Part shown: positions 36,907 through 45,471 of the stretch, one piece after another
Position numbering within the stretch: position 1 is the stretch's first letter
Layout of the letters: each line of letters starts with the position of its first letter
Assembly: GCA_002770755.1 (NCBI GenBank)
Contig: PCQY01000018.1
Coordinates: 1 to 46,179 of the forward strand
Length of the DNA: 46,179 bases
From: a candidate division WWE3 bacterium CG23_combo_of_CG06-09_8_20_14_all_40_14
GTDB taxonomy: Bacteria; Patescibacteriota; WWE3; CG2-30-40-12
Direction of reading: 5' to 3'
Program-made: the position numbers and the translations under genes
The notes under the pieces: generated by a model
What the model saw: only the letters and a program-made list of their open reading frames with translations
Told to the model about the DNA's origin: nothing
Database searches by the model: none

Positions 36907-36921
36907 AGGGGTCTGACCCCT
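36907..36921. repeat. REP half-site followed by T8 (terminator-like on the plus strand)
   Basis: aggggtctgacccct then attttttttg. It abuts the 3' end of tRNA-Tyr. Confidence 0.75.
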
Positions 36922-36931
36922 ATTTTTTTTG

Positions 36932-37005
36932 TCCAGGGGGTTGGATTCGAACCAACGAATGGCAGTTTTACAGACTGCGGCCTTAAACCACTTGGCTACC
37001 CCTGG
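36932..37005 (-). tRNA. tRNA-Tyr (anticodon GTA), class I architecture with C1:G72
   Basis: Hand fold: CCAGGGG / TA / GCC-AAGTGGTTTAA-GGC / C / GCAGT-CTGTAAA-ACTGC / CATTC / GTTGG-TTCGAAT-CCAAC / CCCCTGG / A. 74 nt, with no encoded CCA. Confidence 0.85.
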
Positions 37006-37019
37006 GTCAAACCCCTTCT

Positions 37020-37048
37020 ATTTTACAATATTGCAGTCCATTGTGTAA
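37020..37048 (-). promoter_or_regulatory. candidate promoter for tRNA-Tyr
   Basis: Minus strand reads TTACAC, 17-nt spacer, TAAAAT, ending 14 nt before tRNA position 1. Confidence 0.3.
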
Positions 37049-37049
37049 A

Positions 37050-39275
37050 ATGGACTTAATGCTAAATTTTAAAAACAAGAAAAAAAGATCCCTTATCCTA
37101 GTGTCCCTTGCTTCTATGGCGCTGTTTGTTGTAACCGCGGGGGCAATTTTTTCCATGGCGCTATTTAGCGTTTACTCTGCCATACTTCCCTCCCCTTCAA
37201 AGCTGACCACAAGAAATATTGAACAATCAACAAAAATTTTTGATAGAAACGGCAAACTTTTATACGAGGTCTTTGCGGATAAAAACCGAACTTTGGTACA
37301 GCTTCAGGATGTGTCCCCTTCTTTAATCCATGCCACTTTGTCTGCCGAGGATTCCGATTTTTACAAGCACCGCGGATTTGATTTAATTGGCATCACGCGC
37401 GCTGGATTCAATATGTTAAGAGGGAAAGGTTTGCAAAGCGGTTCCACCCTCACCCAGCAGCTTGTTAAAAATGCCCTTTTAACCAACGAACGAACAATCA
37501 ATAGAAAGATTAAAGAAATTCTATTATCTTTGCAAATAGAAAGGAAATACTCCAAAGACGACATCTTAAAAATGTATTTAAACGAAGCGCCATATGGCGG
37601 TACCGCCTATGGTGTGGAAGCGGCAAGCCAATACTATTTTAGCAAATCTTCTAAAGATTTAACTTTGGCGGAAAGCGCCTTGATAGCTGGTTTACCCCAG
37701 TCACCCTCCTATTATTCCCCTTTTGGAGCTAATCCCGAAAACGCCACCGCCCGTCAGCATTATGTTTTGTGGCTTATGAAAACAAGAGGGTGGGTGGAAA
37801 AAGATGGCGTGAGGCATTTTATTACCGAAGAGGAGTATGCCGCCGCTAGAGAAGAAGTTCTTAAATATGCCAGTATAAATCATGGCATTAAAGCGCCCCA
37901 TTTTGTGATGTATGTAAAAAGTCTTCTTAGTAGGCGCTATAACGAAAATATTGTGGAGAATTCTGGGCTTAGTGTTACCACTTCTTTGGATTTGGATTTT
38001 CAAGAGCAGGCAGAGGAGATTGTTAAGAGCGAAGTGGATAAAGTTAAATATCTTAGTGTGGGGAACGCTGCCTTAGTTGCTATTGACCCCAAAACGGGTC
38101 AAATTTTGGCAATGGTGGGTTCAAAAGACTATTTTGATATGGAAAATGACGGCAATGTGAATGTAACCTTATCTCTAAGGCAACCCGGGTCGGCTATTAA
38201 ACCTTTAACCTATATAACAGCTTTTGAGCGCGGATTTACCCCCTCAACAGTTTTATTTGATGTCCCCACAAAATTTTCGGGCGGAGAGGGGCAACCCCCG
38301 TACATTCCCGTTAACTATAACGGGAAATACATAGGACCGACGCAAATCCGCTACGCTTTGGCAAATTCTATAAATATCCCGGCAGTTAGAATGCTTAAAC
38401 TCATTGGTGTAGAAAATGTTATGGATACGGCAAAAAAATTTGGAATCACCACTTTTAGCGACCCTTCCCGCTATGGCCTTTCCCTAACATTAGGTGGCGG
38501 AGAGGTTAGACTTTTGGAATTGACCAACGCCTTTGGAGTTTTTGCAAGCGGCGGAATTTACCACTCTCCGGTTGGTATTCTTAAAGTTGCGGACGCAAAA
38601 GGTAATGTTTTGGATGAGGAGACCTCTTATAAAGGAGAAAAAGTTATAGATAGCTCTTACACTTATTTGATTTCGGATATTTTATCGGATAATAACGCGC
38701 GCGCCGCAGTGTTTGGTTTAGGCAGTAATTTGGTAATTCCGGGACACACCGTTGCGGCTAAAACCGGAACCACAAACGATATAAGAGATAACTGGACAAT
38801 TGGATACACCCCCTCAATAGTGATTGGTGTTTGGGCAGGCAATAACGATAATTCTCCTATGGCAAAAGGGCTGGCTTCGGGTATTACCGGGGCGGCGCCT
38901 ATTTGGCAAAAAGCTATGATAGCTTATCTAAAAGATAAAAAAGATGAAAAATTTGAAAAGCCTGATAATATTATAGATGTGGAAGTGGGAAAAACTTCTG
39001 GGATGCTGGTTTATGAAGGCGCGGAGGATGGGAGATGGGAGAAATTTGTTAAGGGAACCGAACCGGTATCCGTTTCCGATTGGTTTATACCCCTTGAAGT
39101 GTGCAAAAAAGATAATGGCGATTATAAGCTTAAAAAGGATTGCGATGATGAGGAGGATAAAATAAAAGAAAGGATTTTTGTTAAGATGAAGGCGGAACTC
39201 ACGGAGTGGCAGGAGGATGTGGATGCATGGATAGAAGAAAACATTGACGACAAAGATTATTTTCCCCCCGATTAA
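37050..39275 (+). CDS. class A penicillin-binding protein (glycosyltransferase + transpeptidase), PBP1A-like
   Basis: GT51 motifs EDSDFYKHRGFD and GSTLTQQL. Transpeptidase motifs SAIKP (SxxK), SIN (SxN) and KTGTT. N-terminal TM anchor. Confidence 0.9.
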   Translation: MDLMLNFKNKKKRSLILVSLASMALFVVTAGAIFSMALFSVYSAILPSPSKLTTRNIEQSTKIFDRNGKLLYEVFADKNRTLVQLQDVSPSLIHATLSAEDSDFYKHRGFDLIGITRAGFNMLRGKGLQSGSTLTQQLVKNALLTNERTINRKIKEILLSLQIERKYSKDDILKMYLNEAPYGGTAYGVEAASQYYFSKSSKDLTLAESALIAGLPQSPSYYSPFGANPENATARQHYVLWLMKTRGWVEKDGVRHFITEEEYAAAREEVLKYASINHGIKAPHFVMYVKSLLSRRYNENIVENSGLSVTTSLDLDFQEQAEEIVKSEVDKVKYLSVGNAALVAIDPKTGQILAMVGSKDYFDMENDGNVNVTLSLRQPGSAIKPLTYITAFERGFTPSTVLFDVPTKFSGGEGQPPYIPVNYNGKYIGPTQIRYALANSINIPAVRMLKLIGVENVMDTAKKFGITTFSDPSRYGLSLTLGGGEVRLLELTNAFGVFASGGIYHSPVGILKVADAKGNVLDEETSYKGEKVIDSSYTYLISDILSDNNARAAVFGLGSNLVIPGHTVAAKTGTTNDIRDNWTIGYTPSIVIGVWAGNNDNSPMAKGLASGITGAAPIWQKAMIAYLKDKKDEKFEKPDNIIDVEVGKTSGMLVYEGAEDGRWEKFVKGTEPVSVSDWFIPLEVCKKDNGDYKLKKDCDDEEDKIKERIFVKMKAELTEWQEDVDAWIEENIDDKDYFPPD

Positions 39276-41204
39276 CTATTTTCTAACCGTTAGCCCTAAA
39301 CCTTCTTCTAAAAGTTTTATAATTTGTTTTCTTATTGGCGCAACATCTTTATCTGAAAGTGGCCTTTGAGGGCTCTGATAAACTACAGTTAAAGTTATGG
39401 ATTTATTATCCTTTTCTTTATAAATGTCCTTGAGTTCTATGTCTCTTATTAGAGTGTTTATGTTTCTTATTTTTTTTATAATATCCCCTACTCTGCTTTC
39501 CTTTTTTACATAAAAGGAAAAGTCTTCTATTATTGGCGGGTAACTAGAAACATCTTTTATCTCCTTTTTGTATTTTATGTGTTTCTCATAAAGATTTTCC
39601 AAATTAATTTTATAAATTATTAAGTGCTGCGCGGAAAATATGGGATTTATATCTCCTTCCAAATTGATAAAATTGGAAAGCAAAATTTCCATATCCCCTT
39701 TGGCTTTTCGGTACAATGTTTCGTAGTCTGGTTGGTTTGCGTCATAATAAGCCGCGCATAAAGTATAAATCTCTTCCGGCAAGCCCCTCGCTTTTTTGTG
39801 AAGCTCCTTTCCTACCTCAAATAACTTAAATTGGCTGAAATTTTTTTTATTAAGCTCCACTTTTTCATACATATTTGGCAGTAAATTGTTTCGCATAAAT
39901 TTAAGTTGAGGCGATATGGGGTTAATAAGTTCAATAAGATTTTCAATCCGTAAATTGACTTTTTGGTATAATTCTTCCCCCACGAAAGAGTAGTTGTACA
40001 CTTCGGAGTACCCTAAAACTGTGGCGAGTGCTTTTATCTGCCTAATAAATTCCAGCTTAAAATCAAGCATTGTTGGGGAGATTTCTTTGCTTGGAAGTTT
40101 GGGCGCTATTTTTTCATAACCATAGATTCTAGCTATCTCTTCTAACAGGTCCTCCTTTATAGAAACATCTCTTCTGAAAAAGGGAATGCTAACTGTAAGA
40201 GTGGGTCCTTCCTTCTTAATTGTAAATCCTAATAACGCTAAAATATTTGTAGCCTCTTTTTCATTTAAGTTTGTTCCTAAAGTTTTATTGATAAAATCCA
40301 AAGTTAATTCAATGGTGCGTGGAAGCGGTGTTTGTACATACTTTTCGCTTAATCCCGCCACTTTACCCGATTCATATTTGTTCAAAAGAGAAAGGAATTT
40401 TCCAAGACCCCTTTCTGCTATATCCGGGGAAATATTTTTTTCAAATCTACCGGAGGCTTCTGTTCTTAAGTTTAATTTTCTGGAACTTTCTCTGGTAACA
40501 AAATTGTTAAAATTAGCCGCTTCCAAGATTATCTCTGTAGTCTTTTCGTCCACCTCAGTATCTTTGCCTCCCATAATCCCGGCAATTGCGATGGGTTTGT
40601 TGTTGTTTGTTATTACAACATTATTTTCGGAAAGGGGTCTTCTAACGCCGTCTAATGTTGTTAAAACTTCCCCTTTTTTGCCTCTTCTAACTCCGAGGCG
40701 GTATTTTTCTTTTTTACCTAATTTAGAGGCGTCAAAGGCGTGCAGGGGCTGACCCGTTTCCAACATAGCGTAATTTGTAAAATCCACAATGTTATTTATT
40801 GGTCTTAGTCCGCAATCAAGCAGACGGGTTTGGATTTCTTTTGGAGAAGATTCTACTTTTAAATTCCTTATTTTTACTGCTATATACCTTGGGCAATCTT
40901 TCGGATTTTCTATATGTATTTGAATATCTTTTACGATGGGTATATTACCTGTTTTGTAATCTGGGAGCTTAAAAGAACTATTTGTTATAGCGGAAATTTC
41001 CCTAGCAATTCCTTCAATGCTAAAGCAGTCCCCGCGGTGAGTTAGAGCTTTATTTTCTATCTCAATAATTTTATCGTTTGATTTTGAGGTTTTAAGGGTT
41101 TCCACTTCTGATAATTTTGCGGACAAAAGCTCGCATAAATTTTGTGGGGTAATATCTATTCTAATTCTAGTAAATTCTTTTACCCAGCTTAATGGTATTT
41201 TCAT
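39276..41204 (-). CDS. pheT: phenylalanyl-tRNA synthetase beta subunit (short form, 642 aa)
   Basis: MKIPLSWVKEF start and HRGDCFSIEGIAREI, B3/4, B5 and FDX-ACB-like regions. The OB/EMAP tRNA-binding domain appears absent. Confidence 0.85.
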   Translation of the reverse strand: MKIPLSWVKEFTRIRIDITPQNLCELLSAKLSEVETLKTSKSNDKIIEIENKALTHRGDCFSIEGIAREISAITNSSFKLPDYKTGNIPIVKDIQIHIENPKDCPRYIAVKIRNLKVESSPKEIQTRLLDCGLRPINNIVDFTNYAMLETGQPLHAFDASKLGKKEKYRLGVRRGKKGEVLTTLDGVRRPLSENNVVITNNNKPIAIAGIMGGKDTEVDEKTTEIILEAANFNNFVTRESSRKLNLRTEASGRFEKNISPDIAERGLGKFLSLLNKYESGKVAGLSEKYVQTPLPRTIELTLDFINKTLGTNLNEKEATNILALLGFTIKKEGPTLTVSIPFFRRDVSIKEDLLEEIARIYGYEKIAPKLPSKEISPTMLDFKLEFIRQIKALATVLGYSEVYNYSFVGEELYQKVNLRIENLIELINPISPQLKFMRNNLLPNMYEKVELNKKNFSQFKLFEVGKELHKKARGLPEEIYTLCAAYYDANQPDYETLYRKAKGDMEILLSNFINLEGDINPIFSAQHLIIYKINLENLYEKHIKYKKEIKDVSSYPPIIEDFSFYVKKESRVGDIIKKIRNINTLIRDIELKDIYKEKDNKSITLTVVYQSPQRPLSDKDVAPIRKQIIKLLEEGLGLTVRK

Positions 41205-41207
41205 AAT

Positions 41208-42197
41208 TTAAAACTGCTGTAAAAAACGCAAATCTCCTTTATGAAATGCTCTAATGTCTGAGATACCGTACTTTAACATTACGAGCCTGTCCAGCCCAAT
41301 TGCCCACGCAAAGCCTTTATAAGTATTTGGGTCCAGCCCGGCCATTTTTAAGACATTTGGATGAATCATACCTGCTGGTATAAGCTCCAGCCACTTTTTT
41401 TCGCCGCTTTTTAGTTTATGTTCTACTAATAGTTCCAGCCCGGGTTCAACAAAAGGAAAAAAAGTGGGTTGTATTTTATAAGGAATTTTGTACCTATAAT
41501 ATGTATAAATAAAAGTTTCTAGAACGCCGATAAGTTCTGCCAAGGAAGTGTCTTTGCTAACATACATACCCTCTATTTGGTAAAAAGTATGTTCGTGGAC
41601 AGTATCGGTTGCTTCGTATCTAAAGCATTTCCCCGGTATAATCACCCTAAATGGCGGAGTATGGGTTTTTAATATTCTGTGTTGCATAGTGGATGTGTGC
41701 GCAATAGGTAAGAGATGGTCTTCAGTCCAAAAAGTATCCCACATATCCCGCGCGGGGTGGCCCTTAGGAAAATTCAATGTTTCAAAATGATTAAAATCGT
41801 CATCTACTTCTAAAGAATCTACCACTTTAAAACCCATGGTTAGGAATATATTTTCTGCGTAATGTTTCATTTGAGTTATGGGGTGAGTGTGCCCTATGTG
41901 TGGCTTTATTCCCGGAAGTGTTATATCTATGCTGTTTATAACATTTTCTGAGGATAGCGTTTTTTGCTGTAAGTTCTTAAGGGCAGTCTCTACCTCTTTT
42001 TTGAAAGTGTTTATTCGGGGGCCCCACTCTTTTTTTTGGTTTGGATAGAGCTTAACAAATTCTGAAATAATATTATTGATAGCTCCCTTTTTTCCGAGAT
42101 ATTTGATGTAAAGGTTATCCAACATTTCGCTGGAATCGTCTGTGTTTTTAATGTCACTGTTAAATGTTTTTTTTAAAGCCTGCAATTTCTCCATCAA
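41208..42197 (-). CDS. pheS: phenylalanyl-tRNA synthetase alpha subunit
   Basis: GHTHPIT, HPARDMWDTF and class II motifs (FRYE..D..H...FYQIEG; GFAWAIGLDRL). Confidence 0.9.
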   Translation of the reverse strand: MMEKLQALKKTFNSDIKNTDDSSEMLDNLYIKYLGKKGAINNIISEFVKLYPNQKKEWGPRINTFKKEVETALKNLQQKTLSSENVINSIDITLPGIKPHIGHTHPITQMKHYAENIFLTMGFKVVDSLEVDDDFNHFETLNFPKGHPARDMWDTFWTEDHLLPIAHTSTMQHRILKTHTPPFRVIIPGKCFRYEATDTVHEHTFYQIEGMYVSKDTSLAELIGVLETFIYTYYRYKIPYKIQPTFFPFVEPGLELLVEHKLKSGEKKWLELIPAGMIHPNVLKMAGLDPNTYKGFAWAIGLDRLVMLKYGISDIRAFHKGDLRFLQQF

Positions 42198-42376
42198 ATG
42201 CCAAGAATAAATCTAAGTAAAGTATAAGAAAGCAAAGTAATGGAAATTATTAGAAAGGTGTTAAAAGAAATTAAGGAGGACAAAGTTTTAAAAACATCGT
42301 TGTATTTTTGATATTGCAGAAATCCCAGCACTAATATTACTATACCTAATAAAATTAAAAGCTCAATGATTATCAT
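42194..42376 (-). CDS. small two-TM membrane protein (60 aa) between rplT and pheS
   Basis: 4-nt overlaps with both the rplT stop and the pheS start. Two hydrophobic helices. Confidence 0.45.
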   Translation of the reverse strand: MIIIELLILLGIVILVLGFLQYQKYNDVFKTLSSLISFNTFLIISITLLSYTLLRFILGI

Positions 42377-42717
42377 TTTTTAACTTGCGCAACAAGTTTT
42401 TTGAAAGCGTTCTTGTTTTGCGCCAAAGCTGATAAGCTTTTTCTGTTAAGCTCAATGTTGTTTTTCTTTAATCTGTTTATGAAATCGCTGTAACGAATAT
42501 TGTGTTCTTTTAGGGCGGCGTTTATTCGTATTATCCAAAGTTTTCGGAAATTCCTTTTGTTATTTTTTCTTCCGGCAAAAGAGTATTCTCCTGATTTTAA
42601 AAGCGTTTCTCTTGCCCTTTTGAAAATTTTTCGTCGGGAGCCATAGAAACCTTTAGCCTGTTTTAGCAGTTTTTTATGTTTTTGTGTTCTTTTATATCCT
42701 GTTTTTACTCTAGGCAT
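42373..42717 (-). CDS. rplT: 50S ribosomal protein L20
   Basis: MPRVKTGYKRTQKHKKLLKQAKGFYG... Confidence 0.95.
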   Translation of the reverse strand: MPRVKTGYKRTQKHKKLLKQAKGFYGSRRKIFKRARETLLKSGEYSFAGRKNNKRNFRKLWIIRINAALKEHNIRYSDFINRLKKNNIELNRKSLSALAQNKNAFKKLVAQVKK

Positions 42718-42720
42718 ATT

Positions 42721-42909
42721 TTAAATCAACTTCTTAATTTTTTTAGACCACCCTTTTGGTATTAAACTCATCTTTTGTTTTCTAAATTTTGAATTGGTGG
42801 TCTCCTTTCTATTTAAATGCGAAGTGCAGACCCTCTTTTTAAAGATCTTTCCTTTACTAGTTATTTTAAACCTTTTTCTAATTGTTTTGCTTGTCTTTTG
42901 TTTTGGCAT
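42721..42909 (-). CDS. rpmI: 50S ribosomal protein L35
   Basis: MPKQKTSKTIRKRFKITSKGKI... Confidence 0.9.
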   Translation of the reverse strand: MPKQKTSKTIRKRFKITSKGKIFKKRVCTSHLNRKETTNSKFRKQKMSLIPKGWSKKIKKLI

Positions 42910-43003
42910 TTTTATAATGCGAGCGTAAAATCACCTGCGTAAGCGGGTAACTATAAGCGAAATAGGAATCTTGCTTAGCGAGCATTACAACATCCCTTTA
43001 GCG

Positions 43004-43558
43004 TTAGCTAGAGGCAGCTGATTTAAAAGCTATAAGCGCGCTCATAGTGCCGTTCTTATATTCTATGTTGTTTTCTATTTTTATTAAATCCCCCAGTTGG
43101 GCGATAAATTTTTTAATTTTTTCTTCTCCTATTTCTGGGTGGGCTTTTTCCCGACCCTTAAATACTACGGAAATTTTAACCTTATTTTTATCCTTAATAA
43201 ATTCCTCTGCCCTTTTGGCTTTGTTTAACAAGTCGTTTTCGCCGATGTGAGGGCCAAATCTAAATTCCTTAGTTTCGGTTTTCACAATTTTCTTGTTGGA
43301 CTGTCTTTCTTTTAACCTTTCCTGATATTGAAACTTGTTAAAATTAAGTATCTTGCAAACTGGCGGGACCGCTCCTGAGGAAACCTCCACTAAATCCAGT
43401 TCTGCTTCTAAAGCTCTTTTTAAGGCATTATATGTTTTAACTACGCCCAAATTTTCTCCGGTTTCTGTTATTAAGCGCACTTCGGGCGCTTTTATTTGGT
43501 GGTTAATTAAGTATCGTTTCAATTTTTGAATTTTAGCAAACAGTTGCAAAGTTGGCAA
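43004..43558 (-). CDS. infC: translation initiation factor IF-3
   Basis: INHQIKAPEVRLITETGENLGV, plus N- and C-terminal domains. No in-frame ATG near the 5' end: TTG at 43558, or a downstream ATT/TTG, consistent with the usual non-AUG infC start. Confidence 0.85.
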   Translation of the reverse strand: MPTLQLFAKIQKLKRYLINHQIKAPEVRLITETGENLGVVKTYNALKRALEAELDLVEVSSGAVPPVCKILNFNKFQYQERLKERQSNKKIVKTETKEFRFGPHIGENDLLNKAKRAEEFIKDKNKVKISVVFKGREKAHPEIGEEKIKKFIAQLGDLIKIENNIEYKNGTMSALIAFKSAASS

Positions 43559-43565
43559 CCCTTAT

Positions 43566-45353
43566 TTACCAAAGTTCCAAACTCTTTTCTTTTATTATTT
43601 TTTGGGAGGTTTTTACAAAACTTTCTATGGTTATGTTATTAAAAGTCCTTTGATCGCGGAGTCTCACGGATATAGTATCTGTGGACATTTCCTTGTCGCC
43701 TGCGATTATCATATAAGGAATTTTTTTAGTTTGCGCTTCGCGGATTTTTGCCTGCATTGTTTCATTCCTTTCGTCCACGAAAACTCGTAAGCGGGATAAC
43801 AAAAGTCTTTCTTTTACTTTTTGGACATACTCCAAATGTTTCTCGGATATGGGTATTATCTGAACTTGGCCAGGAGAAAGCCAAACGGGAAGAGCGCCAG
43901 CGAATTTTTCCAACAAAAAAGCCATAGTTCTTTCAAAAGCGCCAATGGAAGAGCGATGGATAACTATCAACTCCTTTTCTTTTCCATCTTTATCTGCGTA
44001 GGTTAACTCAAATCTTTTTGGCATTACAAAATCGTATTGTACCGTAAATGCGGTTTCTTCTTTCCCGCCTGTTTTTTTCATTTGTACATCTATCTTTGGG
44101 CCGTAAAAAGCGGCTTCATTAGGCTCCTCGGAGAAGGTATTTTTTGTTTCGGTTAACACCTGTCTTAAAATATCTTCTGCTTTGTCCCACGCCGCATCGT
44201 CTTTATAGTATTTTTTTATATCCTTACGGTTTCCTAAAGACAATCGGTAGTTGTAATCAGTTCCTTTAATGAGTCCCAGTTTGCCGTTTACAAAATCAAT
44301 TAAGTTTAAGACATTTTTTATCTCGTCTTTTGCTTGGTCTTGCGAAGCAAAGATATGAGCATCTGCCAAGCAAAATGTTCTAACACGCATCAAGCCTGAA
44401 AGCTCTCCACTTTTTTCATATCTGAATTGTGAGGCTAGTTCGGCATATCTAATAGGGAGTTCCTTATAACTGTGTAATTTAGATTTATAAAGCATAAAAT
44501 GGTGAGGACAGGTCATAGGTCTTAGTATTAACTCTTCCTCATCAACTTTCATTTTAGGATACATAGAATCTTTGTAGTAAGGGTAATGGCCAGACTTTTT
44601 ATATAAATCAATTTTGGCAAGAGGTGGGGTAATCACATGTTGGTAACCATTTTTGGTCTCTTCGCTTATTATAAATTGTTCTAGCTCGCGGCGAATGATA
44701 GTTCCGTTTGGAGTTAGTAAGGGGAGGCCTTTCCCAACGAGGTCGGAAAATACAAAAAGGTCTAGTTCCTTTCCTAAAATTCTGTGGTCGTGTTTTTTTG
44801 CATTTTCTAGGTTGTTTAGATATCCCTCTAACTCTTTCTGTGTAGGAAAAGCGGTTCCGTAAATTCTGGTTAGCATTTTATTTTTCTCATCTCCTCGCCA
44901 ATATGCGCCGGCTATGGAGAGAAGTTTGAAGGCACCAATTTCATTGGTGGCTGTTAGATGGGGACCCTTGCAAATGTCCACAAACGAACCCTTTTTATTT
45001 GGTTCTCCTGTCCAATATGCAGTTAATTCCCCGCCTCGTTTTTGGGTTTCGTCAATCCATTCTAATTTGTAGGGATTGTTTTTAAACATTGTTTTGGCAA
45101 TTTTAACAGGAAAAGTTGTTTTAGAAATGGGGATATTAAGATTTTTTATGCGCAACATTTCTTTTTCTATTTTAGAGAAATCTTCTTCGGAGATTTTTGT
45201 TTGAAGGTCAAAATCAAAATAAAACCCATCCTCGGTAGCTGGCCCCATAGCTTTTAGAATGTTGGGGTAAAGATTTTCCATTGCCTGCATTAGAACATGT
45301 TCAGTAGTGTGCCTTAAAACGGTTAAGTGTTTGTTATAGTTGCCTTTTTCCAT
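43566..45353 (-). CDS. thrS: threonyl-tRNA synthetase (lacks N-terminal TGS domain)
   Basis: 595 aa. It starts directly in the editing/SAD domain (LRHTTEHVL), followed by the class II core and an anticodon-binding domain. Confidence 0.9.
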   Translation of the reverse strand: MEKGNYNKHLTVLRHTTEHVLMQAMENLYPNILKAMGPATEDGFYFDFDLQTKISEEDFSKIEKEMLRIKNLNIPISKTTFPVKIAKTMFKNNPYKLEWIDETQKRGGELTAYWTGEPNKKGSFVDICKGPHLTATNEIGAFKLLSIAGAYWRGDEKNKMLTRIYGTAFPTQKELEGYLNNLENAKKHDHRILGKELDLFVFSDLVGKGLPLLTPNGTIIRRELEQFIISEETKNGYQHVITPPLAKIDLYKKSGHYPYYKDSMYPKMKVDEEELILRPMTCPHHFMLYKSKLHSYKELPIRYAELASQFRYEKSGELSGLMRVRTFCLADAHIFASQDQAKDEIKNVLNLIDFVNGKLGLIKGTDYNYRLSLGNRKDIKKYYKDDAAWDKAEDILRQVLTETKNTFSEEPNEAAFYGPKIDVQMKKTGGKEETAFTVQYDFVMPKRFELTYADKDGKEKELIVIHRSSIGAFERTMAFLLEKFAGALPVWLSPGQVQIIPISEKHLEYVQKVKERLLLSRLRVFVDERNETMQAKIREAQTKKIPYMIIAGDKEMSTDTISVRLRDQRTFNNITIESFVKTSQKIIKEKSLELW

Positions 45354-45399
45354 ATTTATAGTATATCATGTTGTTTTATAAGTACAAATGTGGGCAAAT

Positions 45400-45430
45400 A
45401 GGGGTCTGACCCCAAAGGGGTCAGACCCCT
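45400..45430. repeat. REP-like 31-nt double palindrome (copy F)
   Basis: aggggtctgacccc-aaa-ggggtcagacccct, perfect. Confidence 0.9.
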
Positions 45431-45436
45431 AAATTG

Positions 45437-45465
45437 TTGACAAATACAATGTAAAAGGATAGCAT
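45437..45465 (+). promoter_or_regulatory. candidate promoter of the RAYT gene
   Basis: TTGACA, 17-nt spacer, TAGCAT. The -10 box ends 6 nt before the ATG at 45472. Confidence 0.35.
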
Positions 45466-45471
45466 TGATTT

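Noticed and set aside
36856-37059. 67-aa plus-strand ORF.
   Set aside because: It runs antisense straight through the tRNA-Tyr gene and the REP half-site.
38084-38105. REP-like string tgaccccaaaacgggtcaaa inside the PBP gene.
   Set aside because: It encodes the conserved transpeptidase motif DPKTGQIL, so the similarity to the REP centre is explained by protein conservation. The outer REP arms are absent.
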